Shown one piece after another: positions 22,501 to 35,375 of a stretch of DNA of 64,000 bases (its first letter is position 1; every line of letters begins with the position of its first letter). Below the pieces are notes generated by a model. It searched no databases. It had not been told where the DNA came from and saw only the letters and a program-made list of their open reading frames with translations. The stretch lies in the NCBI GenBank assembly GCA_013239625.1, contig MU054338.1, forward strand, positions 62,001 through 126,000, read 5' to 3'. The translations under genes were made by a program, and so were the position numbers. This stretch comes from Lama guanicoe (taxonomy: Eukaryota).

Positions 22501-25500
22501 TGCGCCTATCAGGCTTCAGATCCAGACCCCCAGAAGTGGAGTGCCTGGGAGGTGGGCGTGCTGGGCCGGGGGAGGCGGCAGTGCACAGCCGGAAACGCTG
22601 CCGCTGCCGGCTTCCAGAGTGGGGCCCAGGGGGCAGGTCTCCAGTGCCAAAGTGTGGGGCCACAGGAACCATGGAGTTTCAGAGCTCAGGCAGCGGGTGA
22701 AGGCAGGGGTCAGACTGGGGTGAGGCGTGCAGTCTGGGCTGTGGTGGGGTGGGATGGAGGCCCGGGTGGGCTGGTTTCCAAAGCCCCTTCCCTCTGGCTC
22801 TGGAATGTCTCTGCTCCTTCCCTTTTTCAGAGTCTGCTCTCCTCCAAAGCCTTCCTTGATTGATGCCCTGATGGAAGCTCACTCCCTGACTCCAGAGCCA
22901 CCTTCTCCAGCTCTGTGGGACATACAAATCCCAGGCCTTCCAGATTCTGCCTTCTTTCTCTACTTTCCTTTCCTGTGTCAGACTGGGGCACCCTTCTGTC
23001 AGTGCTGTTCCTCCTTCCTTGGACTGGAAACGCTGTATCAGTGTTCTTTGGTTGCAAATTTAAAAAAAAGAAATAGTCAAATTGGCTTAAGCAAAGAAGG
23101 GACTTTATTAGCCCTCTGAACTAAAATGGTGCACAGTAATGGACTTCAGGCACAGCTGGATCAAGGCGCTCACTATGTTGCCAGGCATAAGTCCTCATGT
23201 TTTGCTCTGCTGTCCCCTTTGTTGGCTCCAATCTGAGAAAAGGGCACCATTTTGTGATTTGTACCCAATTAGGGGCCTACTGCTAGTGGTGGCCCTGGAG
23301 GTCCACAGCCATCTGGAGAGTAGGAAGATGCAGGATGGTGGCCAGGCTGGAAGGAGAGAATGCTGACACCTCCTTCATCTGCACCTTGGCCTGAGCACTG
23401 GGATGCTACAGATGCAAACACCAGATCATTCTGATCAGATCAATATGACAAGGCCGTGTATGACACTAGCAAGGAATGTAAAAGGGGATCTGACCTCCTT
23501 GGGGTGGGGGCTGCCCTGAGGAAGAGGCAATGCTTCGAGACCTCAAGGCAGAGTGCAAGAACATGGGCGAGGGCGTTCCCAGTGAGGGGCCAGCATGGAG
23601 AGAGGAGGGGAAGGAGGGGGTCTTCTCAAGTCCCGTTATGTCCTTTAGGGCATCCTGAGGCACAGAGCAGCCACAGCACGCACACATGCACACATGCACA
23701 CACAGGTGCACAGCCACACTGGTCATAGCAACACTCACGCACACACATGGTTCCATACATGTACCCAGGTGTACACAGAGAAACACATGCACAGTCCATG
23801 TAAACATTCCAGCACACACACACACACACGCATGCTAACACACATGGCTACACCTTCATGCATACATGCACTCACGTGTTTAGGGTCACATGGTGCTACA
23901 TGTGCATACACGACTGCACTCTCGCACGTGACCTCACGCACAGTTACACATGTGCACACATACATTACGCACATATGTGTGCACTCCAGCTGCCCATCCA
24001 TGAGTTGCTGGTGGGGATGAGGCAAGAAGCACCCGGTTGCCCTGGCAACACATCCTGGAACAGACCAGGCCTCGTTATCGTTAACGCAGCTCATCTGGCA
24101 GGTTGTCATCAGGTGGGGGCTGCTCAGCACCCCAACCCCGCACAAAGGCTCCTGGTGGCTTTCCGCTGGCCCTGACAGTTTGGGCCCCGTGGTGTTAGGG
24201 GGAGAAGAGGGAGCCAGGCCTGGGTCAAAGCAGGAGACAGGGCCCTGAACTGGAGGATCTGTGGGGACAGACACACACTGCCCTGGGGTGCGTGCGGGGG
24301 AGACATCACTCAGTCCTGGGGTCTGTGGGGGATGACAGGCCAGCCTGAGAATCCCAGAGGAACCGGCTCTGGTGTAGGGGTCCGTGGGGGCTCCCAGCTC
24401 TGAGGCATCCGTCATAGGGGTGCCTAGCCTGAGCCTCAGCCAAGCTCCGGTCCTACCTACATGGGTTCGAAGTCAGCTTCTTGCGGGGACCGCCCTGCAC
24501 CCTTGTCTCCCTGGCTATGTCGGGGATGCACACAGAGGAACAGTGAGAAAGAAACCAGTGGATAACTGTAGGCACATCCCGGGCAGCAGCTGTGCACAGT
24601 GGGGCCACGTCCCCACTCTCCTGCCCGGGCTCCTGGTTTCTCCCCCTGCAACAGGGCGGGGGCTTCCTAGCCAGGCTTTTGTGAGGCTCACCAAGGGGTC
24701 TTGTTTCCAGTATACAGCAGGAGGTCAATAAATGCCTCTTGGCAGAGGGACTGTGAGCTCAGAAGTGTTTGCTCTCTCTCCCTGCAGCCACAGCAGCTCT
24801 ACCAGGACGGTGCTGGCAGAGCCAGGCAGGGGCCCAGCTCTGATGATGACAGGGTGACTGGGACGCTGGGCCTCACCCCTCCTGGAACCACCTCGCTGAC
24901 TCCTGCAGGTCTCCCGGCCTGTGGCTCAGACGCCCCCTCCTCCCAACTCTGCCCCCCCTCCCCAGAAAGATGAACTGATTCTGTCCTGATTCCCCTAAGC
25001 CCCCGAGTGCTCTGTCTTGGAGACCTGGAGTCCTCGTTGCCTGGGCACAGCTGAGGCTCCAGCTTTGCCTGATCCACCTCTCACTCGGAGAGCACCAAGC
25101 AGGAAGCACACACGCCTGCTGGAAGAGTCAGCAAAGGCACAGCTGGTCTGACTGCGTTTCCCAGGCCTCAGTTTCCCTGCTTGTCGAATGGAGTAAACGC
25201 AGCTCCCAGCCACACTGGCTGGAGCTCCCACACTCCTGCCCTCACCACTGCATTTCTGACCCCCAGGCTTCTGGATGGGAGGCCCTGCCCCTGTGGTCCC
25301 CAGTTCAAGGACTTCCCCTCATTCCCTCACTCCCTCACCGGGACAGAAGTTCTTTGCATGTCTCGCCAAACAGCCCTTCCACTGAGGGAAGACACTAGAA
25401 ATAGCGGGCGGTTCCACAGGGGAGAGCAATCCCTCCACTGCCAGCCTCCCAGCTCCCCCCAGCTCCCCTGCAGCCCTGCAGGAGCCCAGAGACCAGGTCA

Positions 25501-26370
25501 GGCGAGGGCTTTCCATGTATTCATGCACCAGTGGAGGGCCTCCCGGGGCCCGGCAAAGTTGCAGCTGGACTTGCCGGCCCTGGAGTTGGAGACAGACAAG
25601 CCCAGACAGCAAGTGAGCTGAGGTGGGATGGGGAACACACAGCACAGAGGACTCAGAAGGCTCCCTGGAGGAGGTGCCACCTCAGCTAGAGCCTGAAAGT
25701 GGAGGAGCTAGTGGATGGGAAGCATTCCAAGCAGAGGGAACAGCCTGTGCAAAGGCACAGGTGTGAACAGCCTGGAGCCAGCTCCCCTACTGCTCCTGGC
25801 CCAGGGGAGCCCCAGATTGTGTGACAGGGGTGCGGCTGGCCTCCTTTGGGTTCCTGTCTGGGGGAGCGGGGACAGTCCATATGAGATGAGGGGCATATCA
25901 GTGGGGGCGCTCCTGCTTTGGCAGCTGATGGCATCCTGAGGGCTCCCATCAGTGACGGCCCCAAATGTCCAGTCTCTGTCCCCAAGTGGGTAGAGCCTGG
26001 AAGAGGCCACCCCTGGCATCCCTCTCCCTGGTGGCCGCATTGAGGGCAAGGGTTCGACTCTCATTAGCTAGGCTGCCTTGGGTGAGTTACTGAGCCGCTA
26101 GGTCCCCATACCTGTGAGATGCAATGCTAGTCCTGGAGGGCCAGAGCCATGCCCCACACAGACCCAGGTCCCCGGAGTGTCACCCTGCTGCAGCCCTGCT
26201 TCCCTGCCTCCACCCCAACCAGGAGAGCCCTGGAGGGTCTGAAAGGGTGGGGAGCACATCACTGATCCTGGAGGCTCCCGCCATCCACCCTGGAATTCAA
26301 GGCAAAATTCCTCTCCTGCTATTAAACAGCAAAGCAAGCAGATCTCCACCCCCGAATCTCCCGAAACACC

Positions 26371-26376
26371 TTTATT
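26371..26376 (-). terminator. C2CD4C: C2CD4C polyadenylation signal
   Basis: AATAAA on the minus strand about 1.6 kb after the stop codon, preceded by U-rich 3' UTR sequence. Confidence 0.65.
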
Positions 26377-27981
26377 GCACTAAAAACAGCATTTATAAAC
26401 AAACACATTTGGGGGAGGATGTCTTAAAGATGTACCCACAGTCAACTTCAAACACAAAGATATCAGTGCAGGAGCATAAAGATGGGGGTCTCCAGAGGGA
26501 AACCAGGGGCGGGAGAGTTCAGGGGCAGAGAGGAGGGAGGTATGAGCTCCAAGCATCTAACTCCATGCTCTGTCTGCCTCCTCCACCCACAGACCCAGCC
26601 CAGAGTGGTCCCCAGGTTCTGGAGAGAAGGAGGAGGCCCTATGACCCCAAGAGCAGGGTGCATGAGGGAGCAGGCCCAGGGCAGAGGCTGGAGGGGGCAC
26701 AGCAAGAGACCCCAGCGCCAAGGGCCCCCATTATGAGTCTCAGGCGTGCACTGGTATGTGCAGATGTACAGAAAGGAACACATTCTTCCCCCCACCTACC
26801 CCCACCCCGGCTCTGGGGGGTGAAATACGCTCTTTCACCTCTCCCCTGGTGTGCTCTGGAAACCCAGTCAGGAGGGACAATGTTTGGGCTGAGAGGGGCA
26901 CCCCAGGATCCCCAAACACTGCCCTGGTCCACCCAGGGGAGGCCAAGGGACAGAGCTGGCCTTGCCTGGCCCTGCTTCAAAGTGTATCATTTCTGTTCTG
27001 TTGAGCTGGAAACCTCCAGAAAAATCATCCAAGGACCCATGCATGTACTGACGCAACAATTAAACCCATGCAGCTGCCTTTAGCAGTATGAAAAGCCACA
27101 AGCACAGTCTCCCCACCCCACCCCTTTGTCCTTCTGTCCGCCCCCACCCTAACCACAACCTATGTACATGCAAGGGAGTAACAGCCAAGGCCACCGGTCA
27201 CAAGTATCACTTCCTGGGGTCCGGCTGCCGAGGTCGCCGCTCAGGGAGGCAGGGGCAGCACCTCTAGCCGCAGGGGAGAGGGAGGAGCAGGGGACACGAG
27301 CTGGCACTGTGCTCTGGGCACCTTCTGAGCGACCCCTTCCAAGGAAAGGAGGCGGCAGTCACTCCCACATGGCCGCAGGGTCCGGAGCAGAGAAGGTGGT
27401 GGAGGAAAACAGCCAACAGGAGGGACAGAAGGAGCCATCCCCCCATTTTCATATTCTGGCGCTATGTCCACTGCTGCCTGTCTGCCAGGAAGTGGCTCTC
27501 CGCCTTCTGATTGGCTCTTGCCTCTGGAACCTGAGAGGACCGAGGGCTGCCCAGAGCCAGCCTAACCCAGCTGGGGGTCCTCCCGCAGCCCCATGGGGTC
27601 CCCTGGTGGAACCTGGGCCTGGCACTTCTCCTGGGGGGAGGAGGACACTCCCACAGCAAGGAGCCTATTCCGCTGGGCCTCAGGACCGGCAGCCTCGGGG
27701 TCTGTGAGGTGCCTCAGCTGCTTTCTGGCCCAGGTTCCAGAACGCCTAAAGGTGGGAGGCGGAGGTGGGGGCATGGAACTTGGGGCCCAGGGGGGCGCAG
27801 CCTGCAGAGTGGGCTTTCTTTTCCCCAGAGCCCACCTTCTTCTCCCCTGGACAGATGGTCACCCCACCACAGGCTGCAGCATCAGGGCCCCGCCCAGCCT
27901 GAGGTGAAGGCCACCTACCCCGAGGCTCCCTTCCGGTCGGGGCGGGGTCTCCCCGCACGTGGGCGTGGGCGCCGCAGCCCT

Positions 27982-29244
27982 TCACAGGCAGGGGAGCAGA
28001 GAGGTGAGCGGCAGCTCCTTCTCCCCAAGCAGCGTGTCCCGCTTGAGGCTGCTGCCTTTGTTCACCACCTTGATCCGGAGGGCCAGCTTGCGCACGCTGG
28101 CGGGCCCCAGGCCGTCGAAGAAGAAGTCCTCATTGAAGACGGGGTGGCGGCTGCTCTTGATGATGGTGCTGCGCTGCTTCTGCAACTTGCCCGGCACCAG
28201 GCACAGGCCGACGCAGCAGTTGATGCTGCGGGCGTCGCACAGGCGGTCGTAGAGGCCCTCGGCGGCCAGCAGCCGCACGCGCAGGCGAGCCTGGGCCGCC
28301 TCGTACTCGGCCAACAGCCGCACGCTGCCCCGCAGCCCCAGGCGCACGGCGTGCTCCGCGCGGGGCGCCGGGCTGGGCTCGGGGCCGGACTCTGGGGTGG
28401 CCCGGCGGTGCAGGCGGCGCCGCGCCCCGGGGCTGGCGTCCGGCGTGCTGTCGTCGGCCGACAGGGAGCCATGGCGGCCCACCGACTGCTTGAGCTGGCT
28501 CACCTTGGCCTGGCCGTCCTGGGCGAAGCCTTTGAGCAGCGACATGGAGCGGGACAGCAGAGGGGACCCGAATGGGGAGGACTCGGCTGAGGACCCTGTG
28601 TCGCTCTCCCCACCGCTGACACAGCGGCTGGGGCTCATGAGGGCCCCGCCGGCCTCCCTGGACGCCCCTTCGCCCCCGTTGGCCTTGGTGCCCCACCGAC
28701 GGCGTCCGGTGCCTGGAGAGCCCACCTGGGCCAGAGCTCCGTGCTCGCTGTGGAACAGAGACTCCTTGCGCCGCGTGTGGGGGCTCTCAGCTAGCGTGGT
28801 GAAGCCGTAGGACGTCTGGGCCTTGGGCACTGAGGGCAGCGCCATGGCGCCCTGGGCCTGGGGGTCTGCGTTGGTGGCAGCCTCCTCCGGCGGCCAGTCC
28901 TCGGCGCTCTCGATCTGGATCACGTGCCGGGAGGCCGCCTTCAGCAGGCTCCTGCTCTCGGCAGCCAGCTTGGCGGGCAGCCGGGGGCTCCGCGGGGCTC
29001 TGCGCGGCGCAGCGGAGGCTAGGTTCTGCTCCGAGGTGGAGGGCCCCAGCTCAGCCTGCCCCTCCGGCTCCGCCGGGCCGGCAGGCAGCTTAGGGGGGAT
29101 GAAGAAGTCGGGGATCTTGTCCGGAGTGAGCACGTTGCTGTACAGGGGCCCCTTGGCAGCCTTGTCCCCACCCTCGCCCCCCGCGGCTCCATTTTCCCCC
29201 GACCCCCGAAACCGCTCCAAGAACCACATGTTGGTTTTCTTCAT
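27982..29244 (-). CDS. C2CD4C: C2 calcium-dependent domain-containing protein 4C (single coding exon, 420 aa)
   Basis: MKKTNMWFLERFRGSGENG...YSNVLTPDKIPDFFIPPKL...ESPHTRRKESLFH...C-terminal C2 domain (PGKLQKQRSTIIK..PVFNEDFFFDG). Acceptor CAG at 29285-29283. Confidence 0.97.
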   Translation of the reverse strand: MKKTNMWFLERFRGSGENGAAGGEGGDKAAKGPLYSNVLTPDKIPDFFIPPKLPAGPAEPEGQAELGPSTSEQNLASAAPRRAPRSPRLPAKLAAESRSLLKAASRHVIQIESAEDWPPEEAATNADPQAQGAMALPSVPKAQTSYGFTTLAESPHTRRKESLFHSEHGALAQVGSPGTGRRRWGTKANGGEGASREAGGALMSPSRCVSGGESDTGSSAESSPFGSPLLSRSMSLLKGFAQDGQAKVSQLKQSVGRHGSLSADDSTPDASPGARRRLHRRATPESGPEPSPAPRAEHAVRLGLRGSVRLLAEYEAAQARLRVRLLAAEGLYDRLCDARSINCCVGLCLVPGKLQKQRSTIIKSSRHPVFNEDFFFDGLGPASVRKLALRIKVVNKGSSLKRDTLLGEKELPLTSLLPCL

Positions 29245-29849
29245 GGGGCCGCGGACAGGAGGCCAGAAAGGGTCCGCAGAGTCTGCAAAGAGAGGCAGGT
29301 GTCAGGAGCTGCAGGCCCCCGTGCACTGGGGCTGGAAGAGGGGCTCTCCTGCAGGGGGCCAGCAGGGTCACTCAGGCGCTGCAGCCCAGGACGGTGCGGG
29401 AAGGGGGTTCGCCCCTCTTCCCTCCCCAGAGGAATCGCGCCTAACTTCCAAGCTCTGAAGCCGAGCCGAACGAGGTGGGGGCGGCGCTCCACTCTTGGGA
29501 AGCTCCCAGGGGACAACCGCTCCACTCTCGCACCCCTCCCCCCTATTTTGAGGATCTCAAAGCGCTTTCTAAAGGGTTCCAGGCTCAGTCCACAGAGAAG
29601 ACACCCCAGGATATGAGGTGGACCCTGGGGTGTCCCAGCTCCGCCCTTCCTCAAGCTCTCACCCACCTGTAGCTTCTCCCTGGGCTGAGGGTCCAGGCAT
29701 TCGGGGGGGGGAGATGAGTCTGGGGGCCGACAGCGCGGCGAACTGCCCCCTCGCCTCCTTCCCCCATACCCACCACCCGCGGGACCCGGCTTGGGGTGGG
29801 GGTGGGGTCCTAGCAGCCCCCGCAGAGCGTGGCGGGGCCCTGAACTCAC

Positions 29850-30020
29850 CGGCCCGGGGCTGGTGGCTGAGGCTGGCTGGCCTGCGGACACGCCGGGGTC
29901 TCGGCGCGGAGGCTTGCGGGGCGCGAGGGACGCGGGCGCTGCCTGGGTCGGGCGGCGGCGGCGGCAGCAGCGCAGTCGGACTCATTCACCCGCGGCGGCG
30001 GCGGCGGGAAACCGCCCAGC
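29850..30020 (-). other. C2CD4C: C2CD4C non-coding exon 1 (TSS approximate)
   Basis: Donor CCG|GTGAGT at 29850/29849 within a CpG island; pairs with the acceptor before 29282. Confidence 0.65.
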
Positions 30021-33000
30021 CGGCCGCGCCGCCGTATTCCTCCTAGTACGGCCGCCCTCCGCCCCCGCCTCGCTCGCCCCTGGGACCAGAGCGAGCCGTC
30101 TGCCGCAGACCCCGCGGGTGGGCGGGTCGCACTGGGGAGCCTCGTCGGGACCCGGGTGACTGAGGGCGGACAGGGAGGGAAGCAAGTGGCCGCGGTTTGC
30201 TGACGGATTGGCGGCGTCGTGCACCCCCGGAAACCCCAAGCCCCAGCCTCAGTTCGTCTGTGAGCCATTTCTCTGGTGAGCAGCTTTCCCGGCTTACGAT
30301 GACGAGTTAAATAATAGCAGTAACAACCGCAGCCGAATTTATTACTGGGCACTTTTCTCAGCGTCAGGCTCTTAACGTCTGTCCTTCCCGCAGCTGATTC
30401 TCACAACGACTGGTCGGCAGGTCCTATGGCTACGTCCAGTTTGCAGAGGAGGAAGGTGAAGGTTTCCTTCCAGAAATAAGGAGCTAGCAGCTGAGATGCG
30501 GTCCTCCTGTAAATGGGGATCCACTCAGTTGTAGCCCTCCCAGAAGCCGGCAGGGGGCTACTCCTTTACTTCATGGCGGAATGTTTATTGAGCACATACT
30601 GGACTCTGAACAGTGATCCGGACGCTGGCGACACAGCTGTGACTGGGGCGGGGTGGGGGGAGGAGAGGATGCAGCTCCCGTCTTTGTGATGCATCCCAGT
30701 GGGAAGGACTCCAGTGGAGGGAGGCACACAGGTAATGATAACTGTAGGTTCAGTGGCTCCCCTGACAAAATGTAACAGGAAAATAAGAGAGGAGAGACAG
30801 CCCCTTGCAGTGCTCATATGGAGAGACCCAGCAAGGACAAGACCAGGAGGTCCCAGGCCTGGCACCTCCAAGACCACAGTGTCCCTCGGGAGTGCACCCT
30901 ATGCCTTGTGACCTGCTGGCCCCACCCTCCCTGCTCCTTCACTCCTTGCCTTCCCTCCCAGCCTCAGTTTCCTCTTCTGGAACCCAAGCCTGACCAGTCC
31001 CAAGTCCAGCAAGACACTGTATTGCCAGGACCAACACAGAGCAGGGGATGCCTGGACTTTACTAAATTACGATTGTTCAGGAGCCTCCTGTTTTCCAGGA
31101 ATGTCCCCGACATCACCGTGGCTGGAGCTGGGATGGGGGTGGGTCTGGAGTGACTGCAGAGGGCAAGCAGGAGCTGGACAGAGGCCCCTCCAACACTTTC
31201 ACTTGACCTTGGAGTGAGGTGGGGTTTAGAGTCCCACTGTCCAGGTGGGGAGATCAAGCCCTGTTTCAATTGCTCACCCAGCAAACACTGAGCCCCGCTT
31301 TGTGCTGGGGGCAATACTGGCCTGGCCACACAGTCTGACAAAGGAGGCAGATCCTAATGCATGGATCACTTCACTGCTGCCTCCAGGAAGCCTGCCCTGC
31401 CTGCCAGCCTGGTCTGAATCAAACCCCCAGAACCCTGACTTCAGCTCTCATGAAGAATACCCTAGAGCAATTCCTGGGTTGATATCTGTTGCCACTGTGG
31501 GGCCTGGAGCTGCCAGGAGAAAAGGTCTCTGCAGTGTCCCCAGGTTGCCAGAGTCTTTAATGAATATCTGCCAGACAAGTGGATCAGTAAGTGCTACATC
31601 CTGCGGGGGCCACAAGCCACCTCCCTCCAGGGCCCAGACCAGGACAGTGGGCTGAGGAAGGGGACGTGACCAACCAGCTCAGGTCTCCTGTTGACGGCCT
31701 GGGCTGAGTAATTGGGGCTACACACCCCTCATGTCCTTGCCTTGCTGTGGGCAGTGCTCCTCCTCCCAGCTGGGTTGGGGGAGGAGGCAGTGAGTTTATT
31801 CTGTGCCAGTTTCTGTGCCAAGAACTCAGAACACTAATCTGGGGCCACTTGATTGAGGTTCAAATCCTGGTGCCAGCACTTCCTGCTGTGTGGCTTCTGG
31901 CAAGCGTCCAGATCTCTCTGTGCCTGTGTCCTCAGCGGTCCATGGGCGTAACACCTGACCCTGAATCCCAGTGTCAGAGTGAAGATTCGACAGAGTGAGG
32001 TACTATTTGCAAAGTGCTTAGAACAAGGCCTGGAACGTGTAAGTTATCTACCACCTTTTCAAGCACAGACCTGTTACTGCTGAGGGGGACTTGACAGGGG
32101 AAAGAGCCCCAGAATCCTGGCCCTGCCGCAGCTGAGCTCAGCCAGAAGCCCCGTCATGTTTGGGGGCCTGGGAAGCTGAGGTACAGGGGTGGGGGGGGTG
32201 AAGGTACCTGGAGACAGGTCCTGAAAGGCTGCCCCATGGGCCACTGCAGCCCCCACCCACCTGCCAGCTGGTTAGCTCAGCTCTGAACCTGGCTCCGTGT
32301 CCCTTTCCGTAGGATCAGCAGAACCCCTCTGCTTCCTCTGCAGATCCCTGTGGCTGACGAGTGGGGCAGACCCCCAAGGGTGCCCCCCAACCAGCTGCAG
32401 CCTCTTTGGAATCAGAGATGTAGAGGCTGCAGGCTTCAGGCCCAAGCTGGGGAGGGGCCCCGGCTGTGTGACCAGCCTGTCAGCCGCTCTGTCCTGAGTC
32501 CTGCCACCTCATGCTGGGTGGGTGGGTCTCCAACACCCCCACCTGAGGACCCACTGTGTGGAGAGGGAGAAGTGGAAGGTCTGGGGGGGGCAGGTGGGGG
32601 ATGCTGTCCCCTGAGCAGACCTGGCTTGGAGGAAGCTCAGGCAGGTGGCTCCAAGGGCCTGAGCTCTGAGCTCCAACCCTGAGGGCACTGTGCACCCATG
32701 TGGCTCTGGACAAGCAGCTGGCCCTGTGAGCTCTGTCTCCTTCCCTGGAAAAGGGGAGCAGAGGCCTGCCTGTGAGCTCCCAGGACGACCTGGTCCCAAC
32801 AAGGGCCAGGTTAAATGGCCTTCGGGAAGGACCATCAGCCCCAGTTTACAGATTAGGAAACTGGGGCCTGGGGGGCATCCCAGCTCTGCAGGCACCCAGT
32901 TCAGGGAAGGGGAGCATCTGGTCCAAGCCTGCTCCGTGGAGTTTGAACCCATGTGCCCACTGTCTCCCAACCCAAGGCTCCCTGAGGGCAAGGCTGGGGC

Positions 33001-33584
33001 AAGGAGTGTTTGTTGACTGAATAACTGGAGGTGGAACAGGGCAGGAGATAGGTGTGCAGGACCCAGGCTCCCAGTTCCATCACCATGAGGGCAGCCCACG
33101 CTTGGCTTTTCTGGCTCAGGGAGCAGGGCGGGGGAGGTGATAGGTTTGAACCTGGGCTCTGCCATCTCCCAGTGATGGGGCCACCCCTGCCCGGCACCAA
33201 GCTTCAGTCAGCGGTGCCCCCCAGTCCACTGCACTCTGATCTCACTCCCAGACACGCTGGCCACCCTTCTGCCCCCAGAATAAGCTGTGTCCACACACCC
33301 AGGGCCTTTGCACACGTCATCCCTTCCACCAAGAACTCTGTCCTCCTCCCTCAGGGCCTCCCCTCCAGAACCTGGCCCTCCTTGATCCCCTGGGGCCTCT
33401 GAGCTCCAGGGCTCCTCCTCCTCACAGGTGTCATGATACGCTTAGCAGTGATTTGCTGACTGTTGAACTCCACAAGTGCAGGTCTGTCTGGGTCACGCTG
33501 CATCCCCATTACCCACCAGGGGTCAGGGGTCCTGGCCAGTAAGAGGAGGTCATGAAGGCACATCAAAGGATCAGAGGATAGGGG

Positions 33585-33830
33585 TGTGGATGGATGGACC
33601 ACTGGATGGAATGGATGACAAACAGGCAGTTAGATGGATGGGAGAGCAGATGGTCAAATGTGTGATGGGTAGATGGGTGGACTGGTGATGGTGGGTGGAT
33701 AAATGGGTAGGGAACGGATGGACAGATGGATGGATGGGCAGATAGACAGGTGGGTGGGTGGGTAGGTAAGGTAATCAGATGGATGGATGGATGGATGGAT
33801 GGATGGATGGATGGATGGATGATGGACCAG
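33585..33830. repeat. (TGGA)n simple repeat
   Basis: GGATGGATGGAT... tract. Confidence 0.95.
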
Positions 33831-34669
33831 TGGCTGTCAGTCTTCAGGTCTCTGATGTAAGACATGGCACCAGAGTCCCCTTCTGGCTCTGCCTTTTGAT
33901 GGCTTCACCCCTAGTTACGGGCAGACCAGAGAGGCTCTTACTCCCCACACCCTTACCAGGTCCCCCTAGGGTGCGGGGCAGGGCCTGCTGACTGCAGAGA
34001 AAGCACAGCCCCTCCCCAGAGCCAGACCCTGGGCAGGGAGGTGGCAAGACTTGGGATGCCCCCCTTGGGAGAGATGCCCCCACATTTGGAGGAGGAGGTA
34101 AAGGAGGGTCCTGGGGAGAGACAGGCGTCTCTCTGGGAAGGAGAGTCTCAAACCATGTGAGGTGAGGTCTGTGACAGAGAAGTGGGGGTGAGGGAGAAGT
34201 AGGGGCTCTCAGGCCAATGAGGGGGGGTCTGTCATGGGGTCTGAGAGAACAGGTGGCATCTCAAGAAAACGGGGACGAGGTGCTGGGACACCTGAGAAGT
34301 CAGGCCATCTTTATGGATGGGTTAGGAGTGGTTTGCAGAGGCAAACAAGGAGCTTTTTGCCAGATATACTGAAGTAGCTTGAAGACAGAGGTTTGTATCA
34401 TTTGGGAGATACACTGGGGTGTTTCCAAAGAGAAGTTGGGGGTATGTTTAACTGAGAAGTTGGTGTGTGCTTTATCTTGGAATAAAACAGAGCTGTCTGA
34501 GAAACACTCGGGGTTCGGGGAGGGTTCGGGGAGAGACACACTGCCTCCCACACCCTCCCCCAGGAGGGACGCACCCAGGGCCTGGCTCTCTCCTCCCCAC
34601 CTCCCCCAGTGAGATGGACCCCGACCCCTGACCTGAGAGGGCCTCTTAACGTGCAGGAGGGCTCAGACT

Positions 34670-35375
34670 CCTCAAGGTCATTCCCAGGTTTAATTACAAA
34701 CAGATTCCAAATGTCCATCCAGGTTGACAGCAGGGAGGGCGGGGCCTCACAGCCACCTCCACCAGGGGCCATTGTCCAGGATTTGCCAGGATGCCTCCCT
34801 CATCCCAGGGGAGCCACAAGGCTGCCCCTTCAACATTCCCCATCAACACATCCACACCAGCACTCGGCCTGGGCTGAGGACCCAAAGCACCTCGATTCCT
34901 CCCCAGAAAGACAACTGTGCACAAATTTTTCAGGAGGAAAGACTGAGCCCAGCCAAGCCAGGAATCCCTCTCCATGCCAGGGAGATGGGGACCCTCCCAA
35001 GCCAGGGAGGTGAGCTGATGTCCAGCCCTGTCAGGGACCTTGGCCAGGGCTCCCAGGTACGTGGCTGCTTTTTGATATATTTTCCTTAAAGGCGAGAAAA
35101 GGTTCTGTCTTTGGTATATGCACCCTCACTCTAGGTGAAAGGTGCAGGCAGGTGGGGACTCAGCAGGAGAAAGGGGTCTGGGGCCCCGTCTCCTGGCCCA
35201 GTTGACCCAGCCCAGGGCCAGCTGGAGAAGGAAGATTCCAGAGACCCACGCAGAGGAAGGAGAGACAGCGGCGGTTCAGGCCCAACCAGGGTCCAGACAA
35301 AGGCTGAGGAGCCCCTAAGGCCACGACAGGGGCATCGGGGAGCAGGGCCAGGACCCGCGGGCTGAGAATCACCAC
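34670..35375 (-). other. SHC2: SHC2 terminal non-coding (3' UTR) exon
   Basis: Polypyrimidine tract plus CAG acceptor (35378-35376); ATTAAA poly(A) signal at 34694-34689; matching donor after exon 12 at 36621/36620. Confidence 0.65.

Larger units (their letters stand above)
27900..30330. promoter_or_regulatory. CpG island spanning the C2CD4C promoter and CDS
   Basis: Dense unsuppressed CpG, GC boxes and GGC repeats. Confidence 0.85.

Noticed and set aside
23670..23995. CA/CATG-rich tract as a structured element
   Set aside because: Ordinary degenerate purine-pyrimidine low-complexity repeat.
26124..27083. 319-aa plus-strand ORF
   Set aside because: Antisense to the C2CD4C 3' UTR, no recognisable domain, and expected by chance in GC-rich DNA.
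27709..29458. Long plus-strand ORFs overlapping C2CD4C
   Set aside because: Shadow ORFs of a GC-rich CDS.
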